Assembly: GCF_037042905.1 (NCBI RefSeq)
Contig: NC_087252.1
Location: 12,278,001-12,342,000, forward strand
Direction: 5' to 3'
From: Lytechinus pictus
Lineage: Eukaryota
DNA length: 64,000 nucleotides
Shown: positions 61,421 to 64,000 of the stretch, piece by piece
How positions within the stretch are numbered: the stretch's first letter is position 1
Layout of the letters: each line of letters starts with the position of its first letter
The notes under the pieces: generated by a model
The model's database searches: none
Seen by the model: only the letters and a program-made list of their open reading frames with translations
What the model was told of the DNA's origin: nothing
Position numbers and translations under genes: made by a program

Positions 61421-64000
61421 CAATAAACAAAATATAACAATCGCAGGCCCGCAACCAGGATGAGTTCCAAGTTGGTTACGATGAATTCCGCCGCTTGCCA
61501 ATAGCCAAAAAGAAAGAGAGAGAAAAAATGGGAAAAAACATTAAAAAAACAAAAAAGGACATGGGAAAATTAATAATAAAACAGGAAGGTGAATGAAACA
61601 AGAGGCTAAAAATTCACTTTTGTAAATTAATATACACAAATTATTACTAGAATCTATATGATCTAATCGCTATTTTTTTCATTATTGGGTTTCATCGAGA
61701 TACGCAATTACGCATCCTGTTCGTGATGAAAAAAATGATGAATAGCCAAAATGTGATTATCGAAATACGTATATCATTCCTAAATTCCAACAAACCGTGA
61801 GTGAAATATCCCTTTCCATTTGTTCATGTCAGTAGGTCTATATCAATTATTTCAGCGTTTTTAATGCTCATTAAAGGGGTCATCCAGGCTGAAAACAAAC
61901 ATGATCTGAACAGATAATAATCAGACAAACAAAATACTGCAACTATGATCAAAATCAGACAAGGAATAACGAAGTTATGCAATTTTAATTATTTGCATTT
62001 ATTTTAGTGAAACAGTTTAGTCTATGCATATCTTCATGAATATTAAGAGAGTTAATTGATGGTGTACATACATGTAATCCCCACTTGTTCTTTTGTATTT
62101 CATTGCATGAAATTATTTTTTATTCAATTTATATTCTCTTTATTTGAAAGCGTGCTTAAAAATGTCTGGTTTTCATATTGGAATGACACATATTTTCAGT
62201 TCGCGCTTCGCACTCGCTGCGCATCATTTCCTTAGCAAGACACCCATCCTTTTTTATGATTATTAAAAAAGGGTAAATATTCCCCTGCAAGTACAATGAT
62301 GATGCTGCGCAACGAAAGTCCGAAACTAATTTGTGATTTTTGGATTCTGGGCTTCAAGACGGTGGCCTCAATGTTTCACTAAAATCGCCTTTGGTTTCTT
62401 CTTTTCATGAATTATTGTTTGTAATAAAAATAATTTTGTTCCTGAAGATTGCTTACCAGTATTCGATCTGTTTTCCTGTTGCAATTTCAAAGAGTGAAGG
62501 GGATAAAATTAATGTGACTCGAATAGTGGATCTGAAATCATACCTCCCAACGCTCTCCTCGTCTCGTTCTACGTTTCATTTTTCTATCTCCCTTTTCCCT
62601 CCAAAAATAACCTTTCTACCGATTACTGTTCGTCACAATGAGAGAAAGTAAACTATTTTTATATATTGCAATTATACAATCTAAATTATAATTGTTTTAT
62701 TTTGTTCTTTCATTTTATTCATTTTTTACCGTTCTGGGTTTTTTCTCAACCGAAAACAAAAGTAATAAATAAATCATGAAAGATGTATATCCCGTTTTGT
62801 CTCTATCTTTTTAATCGTTCAATTAAATAGTACAGAGGCGTTGGAGTCTGTAGGAGGTGTCAGTCCACCCCCCCACCCCCTCCATTCAGCAAAAGTATAC
62901 AAAAACGCAAAGTCCATAAACTTGTGATTTTGTTTTGGCCGGATCACTCCCTCTCACATTCAGCTAATCTATAATTCTTTATAAGTAAATATTCATGCAA
63001 TAGCAAAAGCGCACATTATGGTTTACATTATACCTGTTTGGTCTATATCCTCTTTTTTCCCCTCTCATCCTGTCGTTTCATCATTCTCCTATACATGTAT
63101 CTCGATTTGCATTTTATATTCTTTTTTTAATCTCACTTGCATCTTCCTCCATCCCTATGTGTATCATCACCCAAGGGAAATTGTATTTTTTATGAAGAAA
63201 GCACTGTCATGCTCAAGAAGAAAATGTTCTTGCCATGTCTTAAGCGCCTGCATGTTTTGTCAATAAGTGAGTAAGCATTTACTTTTTTAATTTTACTGTC
63301 GTAATATGAAAAGCAGTATTCCTGAGATTTTTTTGACTTTCTTTTGTTTTGAGTGCCGAGATCAAGAACTGCGTGGACGTTTTCACTTTCAAAAGAGCAG
63401 AGGATAAATGGTGTTCTACATTGCTTTATTTTCTGTTTATTTCCTTTGAAATAGGAGACAAAAATAAGAGCAATAAGATGAGAGAACGAGAGAAAGTGGG
63501 GAGAGGTTCAAAAGTATACCAGGGGCCCGTTTTATAAAGCTACTGAAATCCTTTTATTTGACTGGCGGATGGTAAATTTGTTTAAATCATAGCGCGTTTG
63601 TCAATATAAAATGTACATGTATTTATAAAACGGTACCAATTAGGGATTTCCTCGTTTTCCCTTTCTCTGGTTTCTAACCTGTAACATAATGTATTTTTTA
63701 ACGCTTTCATTCCCTTTCTTATATCTTTCGTCTTTCCATATCCCCTCCCTTCTACACCCTTTGTTTTCTGAGTTCTTCTCATTTAAATTATATCTGTATC
63801 GTCTTCCTTCTCCCCGATTTTGATTACGAGGTATATACCCACCCCCATCCCCCTCAATCCTTTCTCTCAATTTTTTTCTTCTCAGTACCTGTCATTTTAC
63901 ATTACATCTTACGTCTCCCCCTCTCTCTCTCTTCATCGGAAACGGTTCCGAGAGTATGCCTCGATTTTGCCAACTTGTATTGATCGGAGATGGTTGCATT

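Noticed and set aside
59702..64000. V and signal exons of paralog D
   Set aside because: None found; the region is repeat-rich intron-like sequence, so these exons are outside the window or lost.

Overview
Eukaryotic, AT-rich, intron-containing genomic DNA. The repeat families and gene types suggest an echinoderm, probably a sea urchin (inference). The main content is a tandem array of four minus-strand paralogs of a nephrin-like Ig-superfamily receptor. The full architecture is signal peptide, V, C2, C2, C2, I-set, FN3, a 21-nt microexon, a 4-Cys stalk, TM, and a long tail with five ITIM/ITSM-like tyrosine motifs. Paralog A (ATG 2307) runs off the left edge. B (8453-5803) lacks several exons. 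C (33354-22165) has all exons but carries frameshifts. D (59701-49689) is open-framed, with its 5' exons presumably beyond the right edge. Between them lie a decayed TRIM/B-box pseudogene and a full-length but inactivated PIF/Harbinger transposon (17-bp TIRs, TTA TSD, transposase and MADF genes). There is also a decayed L2-type LINE with a 2A-like peptide, a tRNA-derived SINE sharing that LINE's 3' tail, a THAP exon remnant and many nested MITEs. A (TA)n-embedded, Penelope-like partial-tandem/inverted repeat carries a fully paired 72-nt tRNA cloverleaf whose anticodon reads UCA (opal). Exon boundaries were read by eye from GT/AG sites and frame continuity; percent identities are manual estimates.
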